Of a DNA stretch of 64,000 bases, positions 24,657-38,076 are shown one piece after another. A model generated the notes under the pieces. The model did not search any database. It saw nothing but the letters and a program-made list of their open reading frames with translations, and had not been told where the DNA came from. Source of the stretch: the human T2T-CHM13v2.0 reference genome, Homo sapiens; the NCBI RefSeq assembly GCF_009914755.1, contig NC_060930.1, one strand, 5' to 3'. The position numbers and the translations under genes were made by a program. Numbering within the stretch: the first letter of the stretch is position 1; each line of letters begins with the position of its first letter.

Positions 24657-25834
24657 AAGGACTTGGTATCTATTTTCAAACATTTGTGGTGCTATAATAT
24701 ATGGAAAAGATTAGGATTTTTCTAGGTACCCTCAAAGGGAAGAACTGGCATCAATGGGAAGAAGTTAAGGGGACACAGATTTGGCCTGTACCTAAGGAAT
24801 AATATTCTCATAAGTATGTGGTGTAAGGTAACCAGTGTCCTGCCCTAGAAGAATTTAAGGAGAAATCTGATGGATATTATAGAGGTTTATTCCTGTTTTG
24901 AACTCAAGAATTGCCTAGATACATTAGACAATTCCTTCTGTTTCTACGACTTCTCATTCTGTTCTGCCCACATACATGTGTGTCAAGGCATGCACACAGC
25001 TTCGTGTTTATTAGATAACTTAAGAGGGATATTTACTCCAGTTGCCTGATAAGGGTATGATCTAATGTCAGTTGTTTTTGAATTGTTACTTCTGTGCTTG
25101 CTGACTTGTCTCCTTATTTTTCAGTTCTTTTTGATATAGGCTTACCCAAGACATAAGTAGCTTCAGATGTGGCATGTGAATTTAGTGCTGATTAGGAGAA
25201 ATGGAGTGGAAAGATAGATGGGTGGGGTTCACTTTCTCCCTGTGTACAGGTGACTTCCACAAATGAATACAATATTCAATTTCCATTTTATATTTTAGAT
25301 CTGGTACCGAACACTGAGAGAATGTAGACTATAAGGAAGAAATAACACTAAAGGGAAGCCCTCAAAGATAATTCCATCATCCATAACACTAGGCGCTTCC
25401 TGGCATTATGACTAATAAAACTCAGCTAAAAACATGTTCTAAATATTTTTATGTGCAAAAAATAGAAAACTGTAATAATATAATGGCTGTTATTTTAAAC
25501 CATGATTATAAAATGCCCCCGGGACAAAAATGCCTAATTATGAAATAAAACAACTTTTGTATCCCTCAGGCAATGTTTTCAAACTATTGCTGTCTCTACA
25601 GTAGTCACTATAATTAGTCCAATTCCCCTGAAGAAATGAAAAGTGCAGGGGATTTCCTTTAGGGCTGTAGTGCGGGGCTGTGTCTTGGATTAGGACCAAA
25701 TGGACTAGTAAAAAGTTAGTGTGAAATAAATGTAACAATATCAGGGGTCAGAGGAAAACTTCTATCAGGAATTAGCTAATATTTCTTTGAGTTGTGATAT
25801 TCATATGTTTGCCTTTCAAGCAGGTGAGTGCAGA

Positions 25835-25960
25835 GTTATGAATTCTAGAAGCTGAATGACCTTTGGTGAAAGTTTATTCCCAACACAATTTAGCTGTGCC
25901 ATCTCTCCATGCCTCAGCTTTCCCATCTCACAAATGGGGTTAAAAATGTCTCTGCCTATT
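25835..25960 (+). mobile_element. MIR fragment
   Basis: TAGCTGTG..GCCTCAGCTTTCCCATCTCACAAATGGGG. Confidence 0.6.
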
Positions 25961-26417
25961 TATAAACATGCAGACTTAAAAAACATCTAAGAGGCAAGAA
26001 TTGGAGGGAAACCTTCAAGATTGCTTCTGTGTTTCTCTCTGAAATATCTTACTTACAGTGCTATAGTATTAGATGGGGCAAATATTCTAGAATTATGATC
26101 ATCATTATTAGGACAAATTTTTAAAATATTGCTACCTGGAATTTATTCCTACTGAATTATTTCTAAAGATGCTTATTTAGAATTATTTTGTGTATTATTT
26201 GTTACAATATATTGTATAATTTTTTTTCTACTCTAAAGTCAGGCAATGCAGTCCCACATTTTAAAATGAGTTGGATACTTTCTAGCTCCCAGAGATCATT
26301 GCTGTTTTCTCAAGCTAAGGTGCTGTGCCTTCTATGTGGGTTTCCTTTAGTTGACTTTGGATCTGTAGCTGTTTCCCTTTCTTAATTTGTTCTCAGAATG
26401 GTAGTTGAATACAGTCT

Positions 26418-26865
26418 ATGTGTCAGTTGAGGTCCTGGAAGGAAACTGGGTAATTTGAACAGAATTTCACAAAGGGACATTTTACAACAGTGTGTTCAGA
26501 TGGTAGAGAAATGACAAGGTATAATCCAGAATGATTGAAAGGAGGAGTTCCCAGAGTCCCGAGAGAGAGACTTATATGGAGAGAGGGTTGCCTGACAAAA
26601 CCTTTGACCTTCAGTCTAGAGACAGAGCCAGCCTGTAGTGACACTGCAGAGAGGGAGCTGGATGAATGAATACTGACCTCCATCTTTTCCTCTCTCTGAT
26701 TTCCTGTCTACTCTAATGAGCTCTTCTCACTGGAGAATCCAACTGGCTGCCTGAATGGAGGAAGCGTGCTGATGTGGAAATCCATAGAGGTCAGCCTCCC
26801 AAGTACCCAGAGGGGAAGAGTGCACAGTGAATTTGGATGGGGCTAGCAGAAAAGGTCCAGTGCTG
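26418..26865 (-). mobile_element. LTR33-type ERVL LTR
   Basis: TGTGTCAGT..GGTCC..GGAAACTGGGTAATTTGA..AAAGGGAC..CCATAGAGGTCAGCCTCC. Confidence 0.7.
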
Positions 26866-27476
26866 TCTATAGTAACAACCACTTTTCAAAAGCAGAAATG
26901 GAATAATAGGCCGCTACCATATTTGACTAGGTTTGAAATGAAACCTCAGAGGTGGCTATAGGAGAGTTTCATTATCCTATTAGAGAATAAAACACACATT
27001 TAGATCTCTGGTCAAGGGATGTAGCCTGAGAGTTTATCAAGCCATGGCTTGTTGCAACAAGCCCCCCACAAGATCCAGTCCTCAGTTTTCCTGCTTGCTT
27101 CCTTCTGGTTCTTATTTTCATCTTCTGCAACATGAAAGAAATTTGCCTGGATTTAGAAATATCACATATTAGAAAGGTTTGAAAGATAGGTGTCTTACAC
27201 TGGGTCAATCATCAAAACTGGCTCAACCAGTTTTCAAAAGACCATGGAGAAGATACGGGAATATTAGACACTGAGAGCACTATAGGTGACAGCTCAGAAT
27301 ATGAGATGATTTAAAAGGTTACCTATGGCAAGAAGGCATATCCAGGGAGATTTTCCCCTGTCTTTCCCCACCCCTTAGCTAATCCTATGAAAATGAAACA
27401 CTTTTAAGAGGGTAATACTAAGTCCAGAAAACCAACCATCTTATTCTTTTCTTTTTCTTTTTCTCTTTAAAATTAG

Positions 27477-27932
<456 letters not shown>

Positions 27933-29171
27933 TAATTATTATCTGATTATATTATGTTAACTATTATATCACTTATGTTAATTTTACAAGTAACAAATAT
28001 CTTCAAATAAAATATCTATTTTAAAGGGTCTCCTTAAACACAAAGCTATGTCCATTATTGTTTTCTTCAAAATTTTTATTTCCTCTCTTTCACTTATCTT
28101 AAATCTCAAATCTGGGGAACATGGTGTTGACTCACCCATGGTTTCAAAGTTTTCACAATTTACTCTTGAGTCATAGATATGTTTTGAGAATAAATAAAAT
28201 CATACCTGTAAAAGTATTCTGAGCCTTGATGGAGAGGAGTTATATGAATTCAAGGTGGCATTGTTAACCAAAGAAGCCATTACTCTCCACATAGGAGTAC
28301 AGGCAGAGCATAGGAAGATCCCTGGGAGGGTGTCATCTTTCAAAACCTGTAGTTCATTTTACAAATAACAAAGTGAATGAGCACTGTCTGAATTGTAGGG
28401 TAGATGCCTGCAGATACGAGAGACATCTTGTGTGTGATGCCTTATTTGACAGAAGGGAACAATATAGAAATGCATCTCTAACTCTGAGATTTTTTCCAAG
28501 AAGATAAAATAGGATTTGGTCTACTAGAGTGGACATCTAGTTAGGCTATGATCATGATTTAAACTTTGAAGCTGCCCAGGACTTGTGAATTCAGAGATTA
28601 GCCCCTGGATTGCTCATCAGTTATGAGTCATAGGACTGTGACCTTTCTCATGTTGTCACGACCAAGAGGTCACAAGAACCAGAAAAATCTAACTGGAGGA
28701 CAAACTCATAAGGGGAATTGAGATCAATATTTCTCTTCATGTGTTTAGTTCTAAGAGCTTCAGAGAAAAAAGGTTTATTAAAATCTCAGAGCATAATTGG
28801 TCTTACGAAAGCTATCAGTACACTGAAAATCAAATTGTGGAAGAGAAGTTAATTCATTTCCCAAAGTTAGCATTCTCTCTTGCTTAACCTAAGTCAGTAG
28901 AAAAGTGTGACATTGGATTGGTATGAAATTTATCTTCCTAATCAGACCAGTGGGTTATTTTGAAAGCTCTTTTGACGTGATGTGGTTGATATAGCATCAT
29001 TGGAACAGAATTTTTTTCTGGTTCATTTTCCTTTTTTTTTTTTCTATATTTGGAGAGAAGATGCTGAAATTATAAGCTTGTGGCTTAAAGTTTTTTGAAT
29101 TTTATATCTGAAGGTAGAGCTGTATCTGTAAGAAATTTATGTGTTTTAAAAAAATAAAAAATAGAATGATT

Positions 29172-29507
29172 TATAGGGACGTGAATGGAGGTGGAGGCCA
29201 TTTCCTTAGCAAACTGACACAGGAACAGAAAACAAAATACCACATGTTCTCACTTAAAAGTGGAAGCTAAATGATGCGAACACATGGATACATAGAGGGG
29301 AACAATAGACACGGGTCCATCAGAGGGGAGGGAGTAGGAGGAGGGAGTAGGAGAAGGGAGAAGATCAGGAAAAATACCTGATGGGTACTAGGCTTAATAC
29401 CTGGGTGATGAAATAATCTGCACATCAAACTCCCAAGACACAAGTTTACCTCTGTAACAAACCAGCACTTGCACCCCTGAACTTAAAAGTTAAAGAAATA
29501 AAAAAAA
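29172..29507 (+). mobile_element. L1PA (older, ~PA13-15-like) 3' end
   Basis: CAGGAACAGAAAACAAAATACCACATGTTCTCACTT..GGGTACTAGGCTTAATACCTGGGTGATGAAATAATCTG..CTGAACTTAAAAG and A tail. Confidence 0.9.
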
Positions 29508-29949
29508 TTTTAAAGTGTGTGGCTATCTAGTTTTGAGAAGATGTAAACCTGAGTAAAGAGATCAGGAGTAGTTGTGAAAAGGGAGGGGAAGCAGGAGATA
29601 TTATAGAAGAGAATTGCCTGAGTGTTGGGGTGGGGAGGCAAATCGGAGATAATTCCAGGGCTTTGTGTCTGGGTGCCTGAGAGAATCCCATTCACATGAA
29701 TAGAACAAGGAGGTTTGAGGGCAAATTGTTTCTAGAGGGTGAAGGTAAGATGGGGAAAGAATATACAGTAGAATCTTGACATTCACAGATACAACTTTTA
29801 CAGCATCTATTCCGTAATGACATTACAATGTTTCATGATGTGTTAGCTTGTAACAGTGATGGTAACTCCCTTATTGAGTTGTGAGGATTAACTGAGACAA
29901 CGTATATAAAGTGTTTAGGGATGATGATTATGATCATCATCATGGCAAA

Positions 29950-30190
29950 ATGTTAAGCAAGTATTGAACAATGATTATGTGCCCAATATCGCTGTAGGAT
30001 TGTTGCACATAATAACTAATTTAATTTTCTGATGGCTGTAAGAAGTAGACACTGATAGTATCTCATTTTACAGGTGGGGAGATGGAAGCATAGTATGAGG
30101 TGAAGCAACCTTGCTTGAGATTATATTAAGAAGACCTCAGACTCAATTCAGGTAGTCTGACTCTAGAATTCAGCTCCTAATCGCTCTCTT
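29950..30190 (-). mobile_element. MIR SINE
   Basis: CTCATTTTACAGGTGGGGA..GAGGTGAAGCAACCTTGC..GTCTGACTCTAGA. Confidence 0.7.
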
Positions 30191-30477
30191 CTAGAGACTC
30201 CTGGGCAGAATTTGAACTGACAATTCTACAAGACTGCAGAGCAGTAGCAAATTTTCAGGAGCAATCCTAGCTAATAGCCCTGCATTTGTATCTCAGTTAG
30301 TAAACTCATGAATTTGAGGATGCTCAAATGATCCGGGGGAAGTCGATGGGCCTATGAACATAAAAGAAAAGGCTTCAGCACTTTGGCAAATTTATAAAGA
30401 CACCTAGTCAATTCTTTAAAATACTCAGAAATAAAAGGGTTCACAGTAATGTAATCATAATTTCAGCTCTCTTGGTG

Positions 30478-31000
30478 TTAATTTATTTGACAAATGTTTT
30501 TGGAGCAGCACCTATTGCAGTGCTAAACACTATGGGGCATTTCATGGTAAAGAAGAACATGCTTTCGTTTAGCAAGCTCACTGTGTAGTGGGAGAGACCG
30601 ATGAATGAAATGCAAATACAATCTTGTGATGTAATGAATAGGTGGAAATAAGTAGTCAACTAACTTGGTCTTAGGAGGGTCAGATGTAAAGCTTTCTGGA
30701 AGGAATGATGTAAAAATCTGGAACTTGAGGGATGAATAAGGGATTAGTGCAGGCAAAATGAGAAGGGAAGTGGAGAACTGAGACAGAACAGGCTGTGCTG
30801 TGCTTTTGAAACTAAGTAAGTTCACTGTGGCTGAAAGATACAATTTGCGGGGGGTGAGCATCAGATAAAGCTGGAGAAGTGCGCAGCAGCCAGATCACGA
30901 AGGCTTTCGAGGATGCGGTGAGGAGTTTGATATCTATCTTGAGAACTAGTAGAAGCTGCTGATGTGATTTAAGCAGAGAAGTGCTATGGTCCAGTAGCAT
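30478..31000 (-). mobile_element. L2 LINE fragment
   Basis: ATTTATTTGACAAATGTTTTTG..GCCAGATCACGAAGGCTTT..GAGGAGTTTG..TTTAAGCAG. Confidence 0.75.
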
Positions 31001-31279
31001 GCTTGCAATATATCCGAAACACACAGATATGCTGGTCTAGTACTAATCTTGCAGGGCCTTTGGAGAGTACATTATTATTTATTCCAAACTCACACTGAGA
31101 ACTCTTAACATCTATAAAGAGCTTGTAAACTCTATGAAAGAAAGAGAAACCTGCACCTAAATCTTAGCATGCAGCATGCCCTCATTTTCTAATCAGCATA
31201 TTTTCATTCTGTTGTAAACAGAAGAAAAAATGTGAACAGTCAGATTGTTTCACTGCAAAACCACCAGCTGTTTGTCCGG

Positions 31280-31435
31280 AGAGGTGATTGAACTTGATTT
31301 CTAGCCTTAACTGTGCTCTGTGACATTGGGACAAATCAGTTAGCCATCTTAGGCCTTGGTTTTCTTATTTGCAACATGAGAAAGTTGAAGTGAATGACCA
31401 TGTAAGTTTTCTTTAAATTCTAAAATTCACCTACT
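31280..31435 (+). mobile_element. MIR3-like fragment
   Basis: TGTGACATTGGGACAAATCAGTTA..GTTTTCTTATTTGCAA..TTCTAAAATTC. Confidence 0.55.
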
Positions 31436-33724
31436 GTGGTTTGAAACTTCCCAAACATCACAGTCACGTGGAAAGGGAATATTTTTTATAACATGCTGCT
31501 CTTTTCATTGTTTCTTCCTCTTCCTCTTGGGCGGTTTCAGTGGTGGTTCTTGTTGCAGAAAGGAGCTGAAATGACAATAGGATATTCAAGCTAAACATAA
31601 ATTTAGAGACTGTCTTGTCCATTATTACATGTGATGGGCGAGGACACTGAGGCTCCTTATTAATGTCACTTATACAAATTTCAGTAGTGGGTCAGCGACA
31701 GAGTGAAGTCCAGAACCCCAGAGTCTTCTGACCGCTACCCAGTCCTCTTTCGACTCTTGGGGATCACGTTCCTCACCTCTGCTAGTGATGTAGGGTGACA
31801 TTGCAGGTAATCAATTCGGAATAAAGTTGGGTGCCATGGATGATTTCAGCTGCTCTTAAGTAGAAGTGACCGTATCACTGCCAGTTAGGGCTGCTGTTCA
31901 TTTTTCTGGCTTCAAGTTCCTTAAAATTTTTTTTTCTCTCTTAATCTTGATGAGTGATTTTTCCTTTTGTGCTGTTATCCTCTCTAGTTTCTCTAAAAGG
32001 ATTTTTTTTCTCCTCCCCTCACCCCCAGTTCTCTTACATCAGAAACAGAACGATCTCCCTCTTAGTTGGGGAAGCTGGAAGCCTCCAATCTGCAGCCTTT
32101 AGATAACCAGCTAATTAAGGGAAAGCAGGTGTGGATGAATCTATTCAGCCTGTAAATAAGTGCCAAAAATTAAAGTTATTGGTCTGTGAGTGCTAGCAGG
32201 TGGAAGCACTGCTTTATACCTTTAATAGAGGAGGGGAGAAGAGGGGGTTAGAAGGCCTTAAGTGTAGGGAAGAAAAAAATTACTTTTATGACTAAAAGCT
32301 CTTCAAAAGAGAATGCGTCTATTTCTAAATCATTGTCTTGTTTGGGATTAATCCTAAAGACATATAATTGCCTGCCCTAAGAGTGTAGTGTTCTCTGAGC
32401 AGGGCTCCATGAACTGCATGGCTTGAGCAGAAATAATTCATAGTCTCAAGCTGATACTCACTAGCAAAACCCACGATTGACTACAGACCTAAGTGCCTGT
32501 GTTCTTTTGTGATTTCTCTTCCCAATTTCTTACATATGCTCAGATGCCCAAAGTTCCCTATCTGCAAAACCCCTCACTTAAATGCTGAGAAAAATGATCT
32601 ACTGTTGCATTACTTCATGCATTACTTAATAAAGCAATTTGAAAATAAAATTTATATGAGGAATTGAGTTCCTGGGAGCATACTTCTCCCTTTGTCATTT
32701 CTTTTCTATTCCTGATTTTTTCTCTTTTTTCCTCCTCTGTGTTTAATAATTTATTTCAGCATTTTGAAACTGGAGGACATTTTTCAGTAGGGTGTTATGG
32801 CAGAAGACCACAAAAGCATCATATATCACGCATTTGAAATACATTAATATACGGCTGAAATGCTAACCCGCACAATGGAATAATTATAGTGTATCTTCAT
32901 TGAAATTGTACACATGGCTTTGTGATCATGCTCATTAATTTAGATCCAAATGAAGCAAAATTATTCTGCATAGCTGCTGAGTTAATTTATGTGATATAAG
33001 TATAAAGTTAAATAAAGTGTGGTAGAAAATGAGATTGAGGCTCAGCAATTAGGTTCAGAAGAAGAGGTTCACTCATTTCCCCAGGCTCCCTGGTTCCTCT
33101 TTCCTGCAAGGATTATTCATGTTATTGCAAAAATTTGTCCATTTTAATACTGTATCTTAGAATGTCTTGATTGACATTCTGAAGCATCTTCTTCACAGCT
33201 AATCTTTTGGGAGGAGGAATAAAGCACCAGTGTGATAGACGCTTTTGCTCGGGACTATTCAAATATCCAGGTAAAAGAACACAATAGTTTTTCTGTTGAT
33301 GTGAGCCTGAACTCCTGTCAGGATGGGGAAAATGCTGTGCTACTCTGAGTGTTAATTTTAGGGGCTTGAAAAACTTATAAGTGAAGTGCATGTGTGTCTT
33401 GTTTCAAAAGACAAAAAATAGGCCATTTTTTAATTTAAAAAGAAACTGTGTCACCACGATTTTCTACTAGGGCAATAATGTATGTAGGACAGGTCTTATA
33501 AAATGCTACCCCATTGCTTTCTATCTTCTTCCAGCCCATTTCAAGGTACTTGAAAGTGATAACTAGTTTCAATTTTGTAATCAGTGGAAAAATAATTTAT
33601 CTTACAAGATAGAGGGGTGATTATATTTCTATACATAGAAATGAGACCGATTTTGAATCTGAATACCATTTAAAGGTGGCATCCACAAAAGCCTCTATTC
33701 TTCATTTCTCTGAGAGAAAAGCAG

Positions 33725-35085
33725 ACTTAATTCAATTAGAAAAACGTTCATTGGCCCCAATTCTGGAGATGCAAAGATAAATAAGACATGGCCTGTACCT
33801 GCCTGATTGCTTGAATCTAATAGATCAAAAGAAAAGAAAAGGACATGCAAATAGTGAGCAAACTCCTGACATAGCCTGGAGATGGTTCAAACGGCAATAG
33901 AAATAGTCAAAGAGAAATACTTCAGATCTAAGTGGGGTGAGATAAGGACAGGCTTCACGAAGAAAATGACCTTTGGTATTGACCTCTAAGGATGGCATGG
34001 GCTCTGATAGGCAGATAGGACACAGAGACTGGGGACAAGGGGGACACATAATGAGGCAAAGTAGTCAAGAGTCCTGCAAGTTGTTGGAGTACAGGGTCCG
34101 GGGTGGCGAAGCAATCATGAGAAGTGATTCTAGAAAGGTAAACTGGGATAGCACTGTGGTGATTCTGAAGGCTGGGTTGAGGCATTTTTATTTGACTTGG
34201 AGGAAAGGAAGAGACAGTGAAAGTTTGTGAGTACGTAAGTACTGTTAGTGATACGGGGGTGGATTAAAACAGATACTTTGGAAGCTGGGAGGTCATTTGG
34301 AAATTATGGCAACTCCTCAGGCAAGTGGTGGTGAAGCTAGGAAGATGTCAGTGGGAAAGATACCAGGGAAACTGTGGCAAGGGGATTTGCAGACCCAACT
34401 GGTTGGATGCTGGGGGAGGGGAAATGAGAAGAAAGGGCTAGATGGCGGTACTTTAACAGAAATCCAAAGGAGTTGCAGATTGTGGTGGGAAGGTAAATTC
34501 AGTTGAAAACTTATGCTTTTTGAGGTGCTTCTGGAACATTTAGGAACGATGTTTAGGAGTCAGTTGGAAGTTCAGGTTTGAGCTACTTTGAGAACTTGAG
34601 CCTAGAGGGACGCTTGGAAGGTCAAACACATAATGATAATGGTTGAAGCCATAGGAGTGAATGACATTGCTCTGGAACAAAAAGTAGAGTGAGAATAAAG
34701 CAAGATGTAATGACTTTGGAGGGAGATTAATTCACGTAGGGCAAGAAGCAGAAATGGAAGAACAGAGAGGAGTCATCAGAGACACAGGGGACCATGAGGA
34801 TGTTGTAACTTCAGTGAGATGTGAGAAGAGAATTTCAAGAAGGACAAGGTGAAACAGGGTGGCTGATGAGGAGGACCACAGAGGCAAGACTATTGAATCT
34901 GGTATTCCAAAGGTCATGGTCACTTCAGTGTGATGATGGAGATGGAAAACAGATTGTAAACTGCTGAGGAGCAGACTGAATGAGGAAGTGGAGCAGTGGC
35001 TGCAGGGTGCCACACCTTCAAGGTGAATAAAGAATGCTGAGATCCACCTAGAAAAAGGGTTCTTTTGAAAAGACTGGATGTAGAT
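33725..35085 (-). mobile_element. L2 LINE (long decayed fragment)
   Basis: Purine-rich; GAGATGCAAAGATAAATAAGACATGG..TTTGAGGTGC..CAGTTGGA..GGTTGAAGCCATAGGAGTGAATGA..AAAGGTCATGGTCAC. Confidence 0.75.
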
Positions 35086-36803
35086 CTTTGAGCCTTCTCT
35101 GATAGATTTCCACTGAAGTCCCCTGCTCCTTTGGTCATGAACTCCATCCCATCATTGATTCTCTCATCATTTGCTAAGATTATCTGGAGTAGGGAGGTCG
35201 TTTCTCAGTAAGAACCCTCTCCTCTCATATATCGACCATGAACATCTTTCTTATATTAAAAGACTTCATTTTCACATCTACATGTTGCTTTTCTGCCATG
35301 TTTCTGTAGAATCTCCTGCCATTGGTAAAGTTGAGGGTCATGTTCTGGAATATGGCAGCTCATACAGGTAGGAGTGCATTTAACTGCCACACAAAGATAG
35401 AGAGCCAGTTAGCCAAGAACCAAATTTCAAACCTACTCCCACTCTTCTGGAGTCTTTTTCAAGAGTTTGCCTTCCATTCAGTGGGGTTTTATGCCTCAGT
35501 CTACTTTGGAACTCTTAGATCTGTTCTCTCACAGGGACCAGTTATAAAGCCTGTATAAAATTTGAGTAATATTTTGATCGGAGGAATAGGAAGGAAAGAG
35601 GGAGAAAGATAATAAGGAAAATAATTAAATGGAATAGAGTAAGTACAGATTCCAAATTTATTTGACAAGCGTCTCCTTTCTATTGTTACCATGAATGGAG
35701 GGATTGTCCATTGCCTCTTTTGCCTTTCATTCTATCACTCTATTGACAATGTTTGTTGTTAATGCTGCTTTACTTAATGTGGAAAGTACAATGTCAAGGA
35801 CTAAAAAAAAAAATAGTCAAATCTTCGTTCCCAGGAGTCTAAAGATAAATGGCAATACTTTCTGGCACTAACTTTTTACTTTAACCCTTTGGAATATTTT
35901 ATTTCTCATTCTATTCTGCGCCACATGATTTATTTAATTATTGCCTTGGTTTAAGGCACTTGAAAATAAGGTCCTCTTTTGCATCCCAAGCAGTGTACAA
36001 AGTTTCAAGCATTCTCTCAGATATTATGAGATTACTCAGGGGAAAAGTGCTGCCTCAGCAGAAATGTTGTAGCTGTCACTGATTTGTGGAGACATCAAAA
36101 GGCAATGAAGGGAGACCAAAGACTGAATAAAGCAGTCATTTCAAGTATAAGTAATCCCAAGAACAAAGTTTTGCTCATTTATAGTTTCTACAATTTTAGA
36201 AAGTTAGTGCCTGGGGATTTTCCTTGGCCCCTTCTGTTTGTGTACAATTATCTTGAGATTGATTTTCTAGCAAATGATATGCTCAAAAATGAGAGTAATT
36301 CATGAGAATGTATTTATTCAGTGACTCATTAAAACTACATTCACATTTTTACTAAGCTATACAGTTTTGATTTTCTATGTGAGCTGCTTGGCATAGCAAA
36401 TATATATATATATTTTTGCTTTGGAATGTTTATATTTAATTTTTATGATACTTTGGCCACTATTTCCTTTAAATTATCAGTCTAATTTTAACTTTTTAAA
36501 AAAACCTTAATATAACTCCCTTCCTCTATCTCTGTTCCCTTCTTCAATTAGCTGTAGTTCCCTATCCTCCTCTTAGGAATTTAAATGCCTCCTTTAGCAG
36601 CCTAAATTTGCCTACAATTAAAAATTCTGCCTCACAAAGCATGGTTTGTGCCCACTCACAATTCCCTGTGCTGACTCATCACTCTTTTGCATGACCTCTG
36701 TATCACCCTATATCTCTAATGTCTTCCTGTGCTGACCTTCCACCCCTGACTCGGATATACTTTGGCTTTAGGTTTGGGGAGTCCATGATAAGTATTTTTT
36801 CTC

Positions 36804-37265
36804 TGTTGTGAGCTGAATCATGTCTCCTCAAAAGGTATATTCAAATCTTAAGTACCTGTAAATGTGGAAATAGGATCTTTGCAGATGCGAGCAAGTTAAA
36901 ATGGTCATACTGGATTGGGGTGAGTCCTAGTCCAATGATTGGTGTCCTTGTAAGAGAAGCACGTTTGGACACAGACAGATACACAGGGGGAACACTGTGA
37001 AAACAGAAGAAGAGATTAGAATGATGTACCTACAAGCCAAAGAATGCCAAGAATTGCCAGAAAACCACCAGAAATTGTTTCTCCTTTCTCCTAGGGAGAG
37101 AGGCATGAAGCAGATTCTTCTTTAGAGTCTCCAGAAGGAACCAACCTGGCCAGCACCTTAGTTTTATAATTTTAGCATCCAGAGTTGTGAGGGAATAAAT
37201 TTCTTTTGTTTTAAGTGATCCAGTTTATACTACTCCTAGGACAGCAGCCCTAGGAAATGAATACA
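36804..37265 (+). mobile_element. MLT1B/C-type solo LTR
   Basis: TGTTGTGAGCTGAAT..GGAAATAGGATCTTTGCAGATG..TACAAGCCAAAGAATGCCAAG..CAGCAGCCCTAGGAAATGAATACA. Confidence 0.9.
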
Positions 37266-37732
37266 CCTTTCTTCTATATATTTATGACAAATTATTTAAT
37301 GTTAACAAAAATAAAATTAGGCCTCTGGGTAATCAAAGAATGGAAACTGATGTTTGCCATTTTAACTAGAAATAGAATGTATTGGGATGATGGAATCAGC
37401 TTATGGAATCAACAAGAAAGCTGGAGAACTGGGCTGGAGACCAGGGCACAGAGGCAAGCCATGGATCAGTTTTGAGGCATCATGGCTACTGAACATACCC
37501 TATCACTGTGGCTGAACTCCTTTATCTTCACAGTAAAATCCATCTATGATTTTGCTGACTGTGAACTTGAGTTAGCCCTTCAGGGGTTCATCTACCAGTG
37601 AGAGCGTTACAGGTTGAGCCTCGGCCATGGGTCTGTGCCTTGGCTGGGAAGGGGTAGGGACGCATCTCTTGTGACTCCAAGAGTAGGGAGCAGTTCTTTC
37701 TGGTGACTCTTATCTGAACTTGTCTAAGAATC

Positions 37733-38076
37733 TGTGTAAAAAAAAATTCCCACTGGACATTTGTTAAAAATGGCAAGACAGATTTTATTCAAGCTATTGC
37801 AGCAGGGGAGAAAGATGTCAGGACTTAGCTGAGCTCAATTCTAAATACAGCAAAGACAGCTGGGTACTTATAGCCGGCAAGCAAAGTGAAGGGGTCAGTG
37901 GATGAAAAATGACAAGAGGAACTTGATCACATATCAAAAGTGGCGGAACTTAGTAAACTGACTTTAACAAGGAGTCTTTGCTAAAAGTGAGCTCAACGAG
38001 ACAAAGTTGAGGCCTGGTTGAGCAGAAAGCTCCAAGGAGCCTGTCTAAAGTTTGGCCAGGGAGAGAGTCTTCCTCA
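37733..38076 (-). mobile_element. MER31-type ERV1 LTR
   Basis: AAAGACAGCTGGG..GGGGTCAGTGGATG..GGAGCCTGTCTAAAGTTTGGCCAGGGAGAGAGTCTT. Confidence 0.75.

Larger units (their letters stand above)
19470..24960 (+). mobile_element. L3/CR1 LINE ORF2 and 3' end in four pieces (~19470-19620, ~20300-21045, ~21442-21687, ~24657-24960)
   Basis: ORF 20620-20916 MEKYGLSDNPVRWINNWL..QQGS..MNIF matches the CR1 RT motif K.GL...VRWI.NWL..VPQGS..LFNIF; later pieces follow the CR1 C-terminal motif order. Confidence 0.75.

Noticed and set aside
28130-28215. Minus-strand 71-nt exon candidate (TTTTACAG..GG|GTGAGT)
   Set aside because: Stops in all three frames and a short pyrimidine tract; expected by chance
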